Source of the DNA: Escherichia phage vB-Eco-KMB39
Sequence record: OR539219.1
Length of the DNA: 64,000 nt
Reading direction: 5' to 3' (one strand)
The position numbers and the translations under genes are program-made. The notes beneath the pieces are model-generated. The model was not told the origin of the DNA, searched no databases, and saw nothing but the letters and a program-made list of their open reading frames with translations. Positions 41,393 through 50,973 of this stretch are shown here, piece by piece. Every line of letters begins with the position of its first letter. Position 1 is the stretch's first letter.

Positions 41393-42298
41393 TTAAAGGT
41401 CATTCAAAAGGTCATCCAGGTCCGTGTCATCAGCACCAGATGAACTGCCAGAGATTGAGCTCATAAAATCATCTTCAGTTTTTGGTTTGAAGTCATCAAC
41501 ATTGAATGCATCCAAATCATCAGCAACTTTATCAGCTTTCTTAGCAGCAGTTGCAGCGGCACCGCCCATCACAGCAGTTCCCATAACTTGACCGAATTTA
41601 GTGCTCAGTTCTTCAAATGATTTGAATTTATCTTTAGAAGTCATTTCAGAAAGGTCAACCATTTGTTCGAACAGTTCTTTCTGGAAAGATTCATCATCAA
41701 TGTTTGGAATCGCAGATTGATTCAGGAATTTAGATTCGTCGTAGTTACTAAAACCAGAAACTTGTTTAACTTTCAGTACAAAGTTAGCACCTTCCCACGG
41801 ACAAGTTACATCAACCGGAGTTTCACCCATTTCAACATCAACTGCAATCATTGCATTGATTTTATCCCAGATTTTCTTACCGAAACGGTATTTAAATACT
41901 TTACCTTCATTTTCTGGAGCAGCTGGGTCTTTTACTACAAGAATGTTAGCCCAGTAAGAAGTTTTACGTTTAACAAGACCGTACTCTTTATTGTCAGTGT
42001 TATACAAATCATTTTTACTGATGTATTGACATACTGGGCAAGAATCGTAATCACCGTGGGTAGATGAACATGTTTCAATATACCATTTACCATTTTTCTT
42101 GAAACCGTGATTTACAAGAATTGCGAATGGTGCTTGTTCATCATTTTTAGACGGAAGAAAACGAATTACTGCTTGACCGTTACCCGCATTATCGAGTTTC
42201 AGTTTCCACTCGCCTTTATCTTCAGAAGAAAAACCTTTATTGCCATTCAGTTTAGCCATTTGTGCAGCAAGTTCAGCAGTAGATTTACGTTTAAACAT
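41393..42298 (-). CDS. 32: Single-stranded DNA-binding protein gp32
   Basis: 301 aa; [49 protein letters not shown]...; zinc ligands; acidic C-terminus; matches recalled T4 gp32. Confidence 0.95.
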
Positions 42299-42370
42299 TT
42301 TATTTCCTTTTTAATTTAATTTAATTAACAGTTGGTGCTATGACACTTTACCTCATAGCTGGCATAATTC
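42299..42370 (-). promoter_or_regulatory. Gene 32 autoregulatory translational operator (pseudoknot plus unstructured A/U-rich tract)
   Basis: mRNA leader ...AUGAGGUAAAGUGUCAUAGCACCAACUGUUAAUUAAAUUAAAUUAAAAAGGAAAUAAA-AUG matches the recalled T4 gene 32 operator; overlaps 3' end of segG. Confidence 0.7.
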
Positions 42371-42985
42371 GCAATACTCTGGGTCTTCGAGAGGTATCCA
42401 ACCTGAGTTGAAATACTTTACCATCGATTTAGCAGTTGTATCAGTTATATTTATATTACCTTTAACTCTTCGCCATCCAGGAGTTTTACCGTACAGATTA
42501 GAGGATAATAATAACACATAATTCTCGTAAGCAATATGAGATAATTTCCAAGACTCTATATTAGCTCGTGATGTTTTCCAAGGTCTAAAATCGTCACGGT
42601 TCATATAATTAGCCAATCTCATATGCTCTCTAACTTCCGGGTCTTTAGCTGGATGAGTTTCACCACTCACACCAAATCCACCACCAGCATATACCAGATT
42701 AAAATAGTCTGGATTATCTCTGGCATTTACTTCAAGTTGGTATTTTCGTTCTGCTTCAATAACATCCAAGTCATCATCAATTTGAATTATTTTAACGCTC
42801 GGTTTTTGAAGCATTACCGCATTCAAAAATCTTTTTTGTTTACATGAGCTCCAGTATTCCTTTCCGGAAGAGTCATATATTATTCCGTTCTCAAATGAGC
42901 AATTTAATTTACTACCGATATAGTAGTATGGCGGAGTCTTATTTTTGACACGGTCTTCAAATGTAAACCAATATACTATATTCAT
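42353..42985 (-). CDS. segG: GIY-YIG homing endonuclease SegG
   Basis: 210 aa; N-terminal GIY-YIG-like motif (IVYWFTFEDRVKNKTPPYYYIGSK); located between genes 32 and 59 as T4 segG. Confidence 0.7.
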   Translation of the reverse strand: MNIVYWFTFEDRVKNKTPPYYYIGSKLNCSFENGIIYDSSGKEYWSSCKQKRFLNAVMLQKPSVKIIQIDDDLDVIEAERKYQLEVNARDNPDYFNLVYAGGGFGVSGETHPAKDPEVREHMRLANYMNRDDFRPWKTSRANIESWKLSHIAYENYVLLLSSNLYGKTPGWRRVKGNINITDTTAKSMVKYFNSGWIPLEDPEYCELCQL

Positions 42986-42986
42986 A

Positions 42987-43640
42987 TCAATACTTGCAAG
43001 ATTTCACAGTTTCAATGAAAACATTTTTAGCTTTCTGTGAATCAATATTTAAAATTTTTCTATAAGCCTTTAACTTTATAGAATAATTATTCCAGACTAA
43101 ATTATCAGTCTGTTCATCGTGTTTATCAATTATATTTAAAAACGAATCAAGCAAGATAAACGTCTCAAACGAAATTATGTTCGATTGCAGAAGTTTAAAA
43201 ATATAACTTGACTGAACCTTTGGATTATATTCAAAGATTTCTTTAAAAGCAGAAACTTCAACTTTTTTACTAAAATAGTAAATATTGCGAATATCTTCTT
43301 CAAACTTAAACTTAATTTGCTTTAAGCGTCCGATATATTCACGATAAAACACAAGTGCATCAGCGTCAGAGATGTCGCCAATCCAAGCATCTTGGTTAGC
43401 AACCAAATTACTTATAAAGATTAAAGCGAGTTCCTTTAATTTATATTTTTCTGATAACTTCTGGAAAAAATACTTATCCCTTCGCTTTTGATAAGCGGCA
43501 TCAGACACCCGCATGCACCAATTATACTTAATAACATCATACTTTCCATTCATATGTTGTTTTATCATTAAGTATAATTTATAAACTGATTTACCATCAA
43601 TGTATCTTTCACCACCAGCAGGCATGCGGAGTTTAATCAT
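42987..43640 (-). CDS. 59: gp59 helicase loader
   Basis: 217 aa; same length and position as T4 gp59. Confidence 0.88.
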   Translation of the reverse strand: MIKLRMPAGGERYIDGKSVYKLYLMIKQHMNGKYDVIKYNWCMRVSDAAYQKRRDKYFFQKLSEKYKLKELALIFISNLVANQDAWIGDISDADALVFYREYIGRLKQIKFKFEEDIRNIYYFSKKVEVSAFKEIFEYNPKVQSSYIFKLLQSNIISFETFILLDSFLNIIDKHDEQTDNLVWNNYSIKLKAYRKILNIDSQKAKNVFIETVKSCKY

Positions 43641-43975
43641 AGCAGAAAATCTAATGTATTAGTTTTTTCACAACGAACAACAGAAGGACGTAAAAGATTT
43701 TCGTCAATAGCTTCCGACTGAATTTTTTCAATTATACCCGAAGGAATAAATTTAGCAAATTGAGTTTCAGGAATAGAGTTTTCTTCCAAGAATGCTGTCG
43801 TAGCTTCAAGATAACTCATTCCAAACTCTTCTACCATTTTTTCAATAATAAATCCATTTTCTTGACGATCAAGAAGCTTTGCTATTTCATCCTTTTCTTT
43901 CTTGATTGAAAGTTCTTTTTCTGAAAGACCGGTCTCATCGACCGGACGAATATCATTTAGAGAAAACTGTGTCAT
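43637..43975 (-). CDS. 33: gp33 late-transcription co-activator
   Basis: 112 aa from ATG at 43975 (MTQFSLNDIRPVDETG...). Confidence 0.85.
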   Translation of the reverse strand: MTQFSLNDIRPVDETGLSEKELSIKKEKDEIAKLLDRQENGFIIEKMVEEFGMSYLEATTAFLEENSIPETQFAKFIPSGIIEKIQSEAIDENLLRPSVVRCEKTNTLDFLL

Positions 43976-44222
43976 AAAGTTCAACTACCTCTTCAGTTTC
44001 AGCTTCAAACACATCACGGTTATCTTTATGATACAAAGCTAATAGACGATTAAACATCTTACCATCAACGCCAAGTTCATCTTTGGCACGAATTCGAATA
44101 TCTTTAATCAGTTCATTATAACCGGAAATTTTCAGTTTATGATCAGATGCTTCTTTAATAAATTTAGCCAAGTCTTCGCCATGGATAGCTTCATCAAATT
44201 CAACCATTTCTTTTTTAGCCAT
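43953..44222 (-). CDS. dsbA: DsbA double-stranded DNA-binding protein
   Basis: 89 aa; size and position as T4 dsbA; overlaps gene 33 start. Confidence 0.8.
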   Translation of the reverse strand: MAKKEMVEFDEAIHGEDLAKFIKEASDHKLKISGYNELIKDIRIRAKDELGVDGKMFNRLLALYHKDNRDVFEAETEEVVELYDTVFSK

Positions 44223-44230
44223 TATTCACC

Positions 44231-45148
44231 TCAAAATTCATTAATGCTGTTAGTTAATTTAGAAAGACCCGCTTTTACAAAATATGAATAAATTTTGCCA
44301 CGCGGTGGTAATTTATATGAATTATAGTAATTCACAATGTTTGAAGCAATATTATCAGGAATATAATCAAAATCAATTAGAACTAAATTTTCTTTATAAC
44401 GATTATATTCAGATTCTGTGAGAAGCACCTTAGCTTGCTCACGGTCATTAGCAATAGCTTCAACGATTGAAGTTTTCATTGAAGGAGTTCGTTCACCTTC
44501 AACTCTGGTAAACCAAAAGTCAGATCGTACTTTAACTGAAGCAACGTTATCCTTTTTGTCGCCTTTAAGGATTTTAGTCATACAGTCAATTTCAGCAGAA
44601 CCGCTTTTAATTTTAACCCATTTCTTATGCATCGGTGACCATTGCTTAACATTTGGGTATTTGTGAAGCTGTGTAAAGTCACCATCCGACGAAATGATTA
44701 AAATTTTATGTCCTTCTAAAGAGAACTTTTTAACAAGAACAGCAATGTGGTCATCTGCTTCATACTTATCAATATCCATAACAATGTATGGCATATAAGC
44801 TTTCAATTCATCTATAACTTTATGGCTGGATTCAAAATAACCTTCCCAGTCCCAAGTAGATTCTTCTCGTGCTTTTCCGCGGTTTTTCTTGTAATAGTAA
44901 GCAAAATCACGACGCCAATATCCAGATTTCGCATTATCAATACACAGTACAATTTTAGTGTATCCAAGCGTTTTTGCTTTTTTGACATTAAACTTAATTG
45001 AGTTCAATATCAAATGACGAACCATTGATAAATTAATTTTTTCTTTATCTGGGAAGTTTACCAAAGCAGTTGAAAGCGCAATTTGACTAAAGTCAATAAA
45101 GCAAATTCCTTCTTTGTAATCTTCATCCAACATCATTTCTAAATCCAT
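44231..45148 (-). CDS. rnh: RNase H (5'-3' exonuclease / flap endonuclease)
   Basis: 305 aa from ATG at 45148 (MDLEMMLDEDYKEG...); FEN-family acidic residues. Confidence 0.9.
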   Translation of the reverse strand: MDLEMMLDEDYKEGICFIDFSQIALSTALVNFPDKEKINLSMVRHLILNSIKFNVKKAKTLGYTKIVLCIDNAKSGYWRRDFAYYYKKNRGKAREESTWDWEGYFESSHKVIDELKAYMPYIVMDIDKYEADDHIAVLVKKFSLEGHKILIISSDGDFTQLHKYPNVKQWSPMHKKWVKIKSGSAEIDCMTKILKGDKKDNVASVKVRSDFWFTRVEGERTPSMKTSIVEAIANDREQAKVLLTESEYNRYKENLVLIDFDYIPDNIASNIVNYYNSYKLPPRGKIYSYFVKAGLSKLTNSINEF

Positions 45149-45210
45149 ATGAACCTCGTTCAATTAGTGAGATTTATATTATATACCATCCAAATCTTAA
45201 AGTAAACAAG

Positions 45211-45218
45211 TATAAATA
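45211..45218 (+). promoter_or_regulatory. Late promoter (TATAAATA) for gene 34
   Basis: Exact TATAAATA about 35 nt upstream of gene 34 ATG. Confidence 0.65.
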
Positions 45219-45252
45219 CTTATTATTGAAAACACAATAGGAGCCCGGGAGA

Positions 45253-48200
45253 ATGGCCGAGATTAAAAGAAAGTTCAGAGCAGAAGATGGTCTGGACGCA
45301 GGTGGTGATAAAATAATCAACGTAGCTTTAGCTGATCGTGCCGTAGGAACTGACGGCGTTAACGTTGATTACTTAATTCAAGAAAACACAGTTCAACAAT
45401 ATGATCCAACTCGTGGATATTTAAAAGATTTTGTAATCATTTATGATAACCGCTTTTGGGCTGCTATAAATGATATTCCAAAACCAGCAGGAGCTTTTAA
45501 TAGCGTACGATGGAGAGCGTTACGTACTGATGCAAACTGGACAACTGTTTCATCAGGACCTTATCAATTAAAATCGGGCGAATCAATTTCAGTTGATACT
45601 GCAGCTGGTAATGACATTACATTTACTTTACCATCTTCTCCAATTGATGGTGATACCATCGTTCTCCAAGATATTGGAGGAAAACCTGGAGTTAATCAAG
45701 TTTTAATTACAGCTCCGGTACAAAGCATTGTAAATTTTAGAGGTCAGCAAGTACGTTCAGTACTAATGACTCATCCAAAATCACAGATAGTTTTAATTTT
45801 TAGTAATCGTCTGTGGCAAATGTATGTTGCTGATTATAGTAGAGAAGCTGTAGTTGTAACTCCTGCGAGTCTCTATCAGGCACAATCAAACGATTTTATC
45901 GTACGTAGATTTACTTCTGCTTCAGCAATTAATATTAAACTTCCAAGATTTGCCAATCATGGCGATATTATTAATTTCGTTGATTTGGATAAATTAAATC
46001 CTCTTTATCACACAATTGTTACTACATATGATGAAACAACTTCAGTACAAGAAGTTGGAACTCATTCCATTGAAGGCCGTACATCGATTGACGGTTTCTT
46101 GATGTTTGATGATAATGAGAAATTGTGGAGATTGTTTGACGGGGATAGTAAAGCACGTTTACGCATTATAACAACTAATTCTAATATTCGTCCAAACGAA
46201 GAAGTCATGGTATTTGGCGCGAATAATGGAACAACCCAAACAATTGAACTTCAGCTTCCGACTGATATTTCTGTTGGTGATACTGTTAAAATTTCCATGA
46301 ATTATATGAGAAAAGGACAAACAGTTAAAATCAAAGCTGCCGGTGAAGATAAAATTGCTTCTTCAGTTCAATTGCTGCAATTCCCAAAACGTTCAGAATA
46401 TCCACCTGAAGCTGAATGGGTGACTGTTCAAGAATTAGTTTTTAACGGCGAAACTAATTATGTTCCAGTTTTACAGCTTGCTTATATAGAAGATTCTGAT
46501 GGAAAATACTGGGTGGTACAACAAAACGTTCCAACAGTTGAAAGAGTTGATTCTTTAAATGATTCTACTAGAGCAAGATTAGGCGTAATTGCTTTAGCTA
46601 CACAAGCTCAAGCAAATGCTGATTTAGAAAATTCTCCGCAAAAAGAATTAGCAATTACACCAGAAACATTAGCTAACCGTACTGCTACAGAAACTCGTAG
46701 AGGTATCGCAAGAATAGCAACTACTGCCCAAGTGAACCAGGATACTACATTCTCTTTTGCAGATGACCTTATCATTACTCCTAAAAAGCTGAATGAAAGA
46801 ACTGCTACAGAAACTCGTAGAGGTGTCGCAGAAATTGCTACGCAGCAAGAAACTAATGCAGGAACCGATGATACTACAATCATCACTCCTAAAAAGCTTC
46901 AAGCTCGCCAAGGTTCTGAATCATTATCTGGTATTGTAACCTTTGTATCTACTGCAGGTGCTACTCCAGCTTCTAGCCGTGAATTAAATGGTACGAATGT
47001 TTATAATAAAAACACTAATAATTTAGTTGTTTCACCTAAAGCTTTGGATCAGTATAAAGCTACTCCAACACAACAAGGTGCGGTAATTTTAGCAGTTGAA
47101 AGTGAAGTAATTGCTGGACAAAGTCAGGAAGGATGGGCAAATGCTGTTGTAACGCCAGAAACGTTACATAAAAAGACATCAACTGATGGAAGAATTGGTT
47201 TAATTGAAATTGCTACGCAAAGTGAAGTTAATACAGGAACTGATTATACTCGTGCAGTCACTCCTAAAACTTTAAATGACCGTAGAGCAACTGAAAGTTT
47301 AAGTGGTATAGCTGAAATTGCTACACAGGTTGAATTCGACGCAGGCGTCGACGATACTCGTATCTCTACACCATTAAAAATTAAAACCAGATTTAATAGT
47401 ACTGATCGTACTTCTGTTGTTGCTCTATCTGGATTAGTTGAATCAGGAACTCTCTGGGACCATTATACCCTTGATATTCTTGAAGCAAATGAGACACAGC
47501 GTGGTACACTTCGTGTAGCTACACAGGTCGAAGCTGCTGCAGGAACATTAGATAATGTTTTAATAACTCCTAAAAAGCTTTTAGGTACTAAATCTACTGA
47601 AGCACAAGAAGGTGTTATTAAAGTTGCAACTCAGTCTGAAACTGTGGCTGGAACGTCAGCAAATACTGCTGTATCTCCAAAAAATTTAAAATGGATTGTG
47701 CAGAGTGAACCTACCTGGGCAGCTACTACTACAGTAAGAGGCTTTGTTAAAACTTCATCTGGTTCAATTACATTTGTCGGTAATGATACGGTAGGTTCAA
47801 CACAGCCATTAGAATCATATGAGAAAAATGGTTATGCAGTATCACCATATGAATTAAACCGTGTATTAGCAAATTATTTGCCATTAAAAGCAAAAGCTGT
47901 AGATAGTAATTTATTGGATGGTCTAGATTCATCTCAGTTCATTCGTAGGGACATTGCGCAGACAGTTAATGGTTCACTAACCTTAACCCAACAAACGAAT
48001 CTGAGTGCCCCTCTTGTATCATCTAGTACTGCTACGTTTGGTGGTTCAGTTTCGGCAAATAGTGTACTAACTATTTCTAATACTGGAACAGAAACTCATC
48101 TGATTTTTGAGAAAGGACCTCAAACTGGAACTAACCAAGCGCAGACGGTGACTATTAGAGTGTGGGGTAATCAATTTAGTGGGGAATCAGACACAACACG

Positions 48201-49122
48201 TTCTACTGTATTTGAAGTTGGTGATGAAACGTCTAATCATTTTTATTCTCAGCGCAATAAAGCCGGAAATATAACATTTAATATCAACGGTACAGTAACA
48301 CCGATAAATGTTAATGCTTCAGGAACATTGAATGCAAATGGCGTAGCAACATTTGGTAATTCAGTCACTGCAACTGGTGAAATTATTTCTCGAAGCGCAA
48401 ATGCTTTCCGTGCTATTAGCGGAAATTATGGTTTCATTGTTCGCAATGACGGGTCAGTAACGAATTTTATGCTTACTGCATCGGGTGATCAGACTGGCGG
48501 ATTTAATGGATTGCGTCCTTTAGCTATCAATAATGCATCTGGTCAAGTAACGATTGGCGAAAGCTTAATCATTGCCAAAGGTGCTACTATAAATTCAGGC
48601 GGTTTGACTGTTAACTCGAGAATTCGTTCTCAGGGTACTAAAACATCTGATTTATATACCCGCGCACCAACAACTGATACTGTAGGATTCTGGTCAATTG
48701 ATATTAACGATTCAGCCACTTATAATCAGTTCCCGGGTTATTTTAAAATGGTTGAAAAAACTAATGAAGTGACTGGACTTCCATACTTAGAACGTGGTGA
48801 AGAGGTTAAATCTCCTGGTACATTGACTCAGTTTGGTAACACACTTGATTCGCTTTACCAAGATTGGATTACTTATCCAACAACACCAGAAGCGCGTACC
48901 ACTCGTTGGACACGCACATGGCAGAAAACCAAAAACTCTTGGTCAAGTTTTGTTCAGGTATTTGACGGAGGTAACCCTCCTCAACCGTCTGATATTGGTG
49001 CTTTACCATCTGATAATGCTATAATGGGTAATCTTACTATTCGTGATTTCTTACGAATTGGTAATGTTCGCATTGTTCCTGACCCAGTGAATAAAACGGT
49101 TAAATTTGAATGGGTTGAATAA
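45253..49122 (+). CDS. 34: Long tail fibre proximal subunit gp34
   Basis: 1289 aa (same as T4 gp34); MAEIKRKFRAEDGLDAGGDKIINVALADR...; internal beta-repeat motifs. Confidence 0.93.
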   Translation: MAEIKRKFRAEDGLDAGGDKIINVALADRAVGTDGVNVDYLIQENTVQQYDPTRGYLKDFVIIYDNRFWAAINDIPKPAGAFNSVRWRALRTDANWTTVSSGPYQLKSGESISVDTAAGNDITFTLPSSPIDGDTIVLQDIGGKPGVNQVLITAPVQSIVNFRGQQVRSVLMTHPKSQIVLIFSNRLWQMYVADYSREAVVVTPASLYQAQSNDFIVRRFTSASAINIKLPRFANHGDIINFVDLDKLNPLYHTIVTTYDETTSVQEVGTHSIEGRTSIDGFLMFDDNEKLWRLFDGDSKARLRIITTNSNIRPNEEVMVFGANNGTTQTIELQLPTDISVGDTVKISMNYMRKGQTVKIKAAGEDKIASSVQLLQFPKRSEYPPEAEWVTVQELVFNGETNYVPVLQLAYIEDSDGKYWVVQQNVPTVERVDSLNDSTRARLGVIALATQAQANADLENSPQKELAITPETLANRTATETRRGIARIATTAQVNQDTTFSFADDLIITPKKLNERTATETRRGVAEIATQQETNAGTDDTTIITPKKLQARQGSESLSGIVTFVSTAGATPASSRELNGTNVYNKNTNNLVVSPKALDQYKATPTQQGAVILAVESEVIAGQSQEGWANAVVTPETLHKKTSTDGRIGLIEIATQSEVNTGTDYTRAVTPKTLNDRRATESLSGIAEIATQVEFDAGVDDTRISTPLKIKTRFNSTDRTSVVALSGLVESGTLWDHYTLDILEANETQRGTLRVATQVEAAAGTLDNVLITPKKLLGTKSTEAQEGVIKVATQSETVAGTSANTAVSPKNLKWIVQSEPTWAATTTVRGFVKTSSGSITFVGNDTVGSTQPLESYEKNGYAVSPYELNRVLANYLPLKAKAVDSNLLDGLDSSQFIRRDIAQTVNGSLTLTQQTNLSAPLVSSSTATFGGSVSANSVLTISNTGTETHLIFEKGPQTGTNQAQTVTIRVWGNQFSGESDTTRSTVFEVGDETSNHFYSQRNKAGNITFNINGTVTPINVNASGTLNANGVATFGNSVTATGEIISRSANAFRAISGNYGFIVRNDGSVTNFMLTASGDQTGGFNGLRPLAINNASGQVTIGESLIIAKGATINSGGLTVNSRIRSQGTKTSDLYTRAPTTDTVGFWSIDINDSATYNQFPGYFKMVEKTNEVTGLPYLERGEEVKSPGTLTQFGNTLDSLYQDWITYPTTPEARTTRWTRTWQKTKNSWSSFVQVFDGGNPPQPSDIGALPSDNAIMGNLTIRDFLRIGNVRIVPDPVNKTVKFEWVE
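46660..46870 (+). repeat. Near-identical direct repeats within gene 34 (tail-fibre repeat units)
   Basis: ACTGCTACAGAAACTCGTAGAGGT(A/G)TCGCA recurs about 120 bp apart, encoding ERTATETRRG(I/V)A(R/E)IAT; further degenerate copies downstream. Confidence 0.7.
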
Positions 49123-49130
49123 GAGGTATT

Positions 49131-50246
49131 ATGGAAAAATTTATGGCAGAGTTTGGACAAGGATACGTCCAAACGCCATTTTTATCGGAAAGCAATTCAG
49201 TAAGATATAAAATAAGTATAGCGGGTTCTTGCCCGCTTTCTACAGCAGGACCATACGTTAAATTTCAGGATAATCCTGTAGGAAATCAAACATTTAGCGC
49301 AGGTCTTCATTTAAGAGTTTTTGATCCTTCTACAGGAGCATTAGTTGATAGTAAGTCATATGCTTTTTCTACTTCAAATGATACTACATCAGCTGCTTTT
49401 GTTAGTTTCATGAATTCTTTGACGAATAATAGAATTGTTGCTATATTAACTAGCGGAAAGGTTAATTTTCCTCCTGAAGTAGTATCTTGGTTAAGAACCG
49501 CCGGAACGTCTGCTTTTCCATCTGACTCTATATTGTCAAGATTTGATGTATCATATGCTGCTTTTTATACTTCTTCTAAAAGAGCTATTGCATTAGAGCA
49601 TGTTAAATTAAGTAATAGAAAAAGCACAGATGATTATCAAACTATTTTAGATGTTGTATTTGACAGTTTAGAAGACGTTGGAGCTACCGGGTTTCCAAGA
49701 AGAACATATGAAAGCGTTGAGCAGTTTATGTCAGCGGTTGGTGGAACTAATAACGAAATTGCACGTCTACCAACTTCATCCGCGATAAGTAAACTTTCTG
49801 ACTACAATTTAATTCCTGGCGATGTTCTTTATCTTAAAGCACAACTATATGCTGATGCCGATTTACTTGCTCTTGGAACTACGAATATATCCATTAGATT
49901 TTATAATGAATCGGATGGATATATTTCTTCAACACATGCTGAGTTTACTGGTCAAGCTGGGTCATGGGAATTAAAGGAAGACTATGTAGTTGTTCCTGAA
50001 AATGCGGTAGGATTTACGATATATGCACAAAGAACTGCCCAAGCAGGTCAAGGAGGCATGAGAAATTTAAGCTTTTCTGAAGTATCAAGAAATGGCGGCA
50101 TTTCAAAACCTGCTGAATTCGGCGTCAATGGTATTCGTGTTAATTATATCTGTGAATCTGCTTCACCTCCGGATATAATGGTACTTCCTACACAAGCATC
50201 GTCTAAAACTGGTAAAGTGTTTGGGCAAGAATTTAGAGAAGTTTAA
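49131..50246 (+). CDS. 35: Long tail fibre hinge connector gp35
   Basis: 371 aa; size and synteny as T4 gp35. Confidence 0.88.
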   Translation: MEKFMAEFGQGYVQTPFLSESNSVRYKISIAGSCPLSTAGPYVKFQDNPVGNQTFSAGLHLRVFDPSTGALVDSKSYAFSTSNDTTSAAFVSFMNSLTNNRIVAILTSGKVNFPPEVVSWLRTAGTSAFPSDSILSRFDVSYAAFYTSSKRAIALEHVKLSNRKSTDDYQTILDVVFDSLEDVGATGFPRRTYESVEQFMSAVGGTNNEIARLPTSSAISKLSDYNLIPGDVLYLKAQLYADADLLALGTTNISIRFYNESDGYISSTHAEFTGQAGSWELKEDYVVVPENAVGFTIYAQRTAQAGQGGMRNLSFSEVSRNGGISKPAEFGVNGIRVNYICESASPPDIMVLPTQASSKTGKVFGQEFREV

Positions 50247-50250
50247 ATTG

Positions 50251-50277
50251 AGGGAGCCTTCGGGTTCCCTTTTTCTT
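50251..50277 (+). terminator. Intrinsic terminator after gene 35
   Basis: GGGAGCC-TTCG-GGTTCCC hairpin followed by TTTTTCTTT. Confidence 0.6.
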
Positions 50278-50285
50278 TATAAATA
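50278..50285 (+). promoter_or_regulatory. Late promoter (TATAAATA) for genes 36-37-38
   Basis: Exact TATAAATA about 24 nt upstream of gene 36 ATG. Confidence 0.65.
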
Positions 50286-50308
50286 CTATTAAAATAAAGG
50301 GGCATACA

Positions 50309-50965
50309 ATGGCTGATTTAAAAGTAGGTTCAACAACCGGAGGCTCTGTCATTTGGCATCAAGGAAATTTTCCATTGAATCCAGCCGGTGACGATGTACT
50401 CTATAAATCATTTAAAATATATTCAGAATATAATAAACCACAAGCTGCTGATAACGATTTCGTTTCTAAAGCTAATGGCGGTACTTATTTAAATAAAGTA
50501 ATTTTTAATAAAGGAATGACTGTTCCTGGCGCAGGGTCAGGTGATAATGGTATTTTTGCTGGTCCTGGTGATAGTGCCACGTATGATACTACAAATATGG
50601 ATATTGTTTCATGGTATGGTATTGGTTTTAAATCATCACAAGGAACAGCAGGTAGAACTGTAGTAATTAACACACGAAATGGAGATATTAGCTCAAAGGG
50701 CGTAATTGAAGCATCACAAATCCGTGTAACTTCGTTATCACCAGTAAATAATTATGACCTTACGCGGAAAGATTATGTTGATGGAGCAATAAATATTGTT
50801 ACAGCAAACGCAAACTCTAGGGTATTACGCTCTGGAGACACTATGACAGGAAATTTAACTGCGCCAAACCTTTTTTCACAGAATCCTGCATCTCAACCCT
50901 CGCATGTTCCACGATTTGACCAAATTGTTATTAAGGATTCTGTTCAAGATTTCGGCTATTATTAA
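50309..50965 (+). CDS. 36: Long tail fibre distal connector gp36
   Basis: 218 aa; size and synteny as T4 gp36. Confidence 0.88.
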   Translation: MADLKVGSTTGGSVIWHQGNFPLNPAGDDVLYKSFKIYSEYNKPQAADNDFVSKANGGTYLNKVIFNKGMTVPGAGSGDNGIFAGPGDSATYDTTNMDIVSWYGIGFKSSQGTAGRTVVINTRNGDISSKGVIEASQIRVTSLSPVNNYDLTRKDYVDGAINIVTANANSRVLRSGDTMTGNLTAPNLFSQNPASQPSHVPRFDQIVIKDSVQDFGYY

Positions 50966-50973
50966 GAGGACTT

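Noticed and set aside
46608-46911. Two overlapping minus-strand ORFs (92 and 80 aa) inside gene 34
   Set aside because: Generated by the direct DNA repeats in gene 34; antisense to a 1289 aa structural gene
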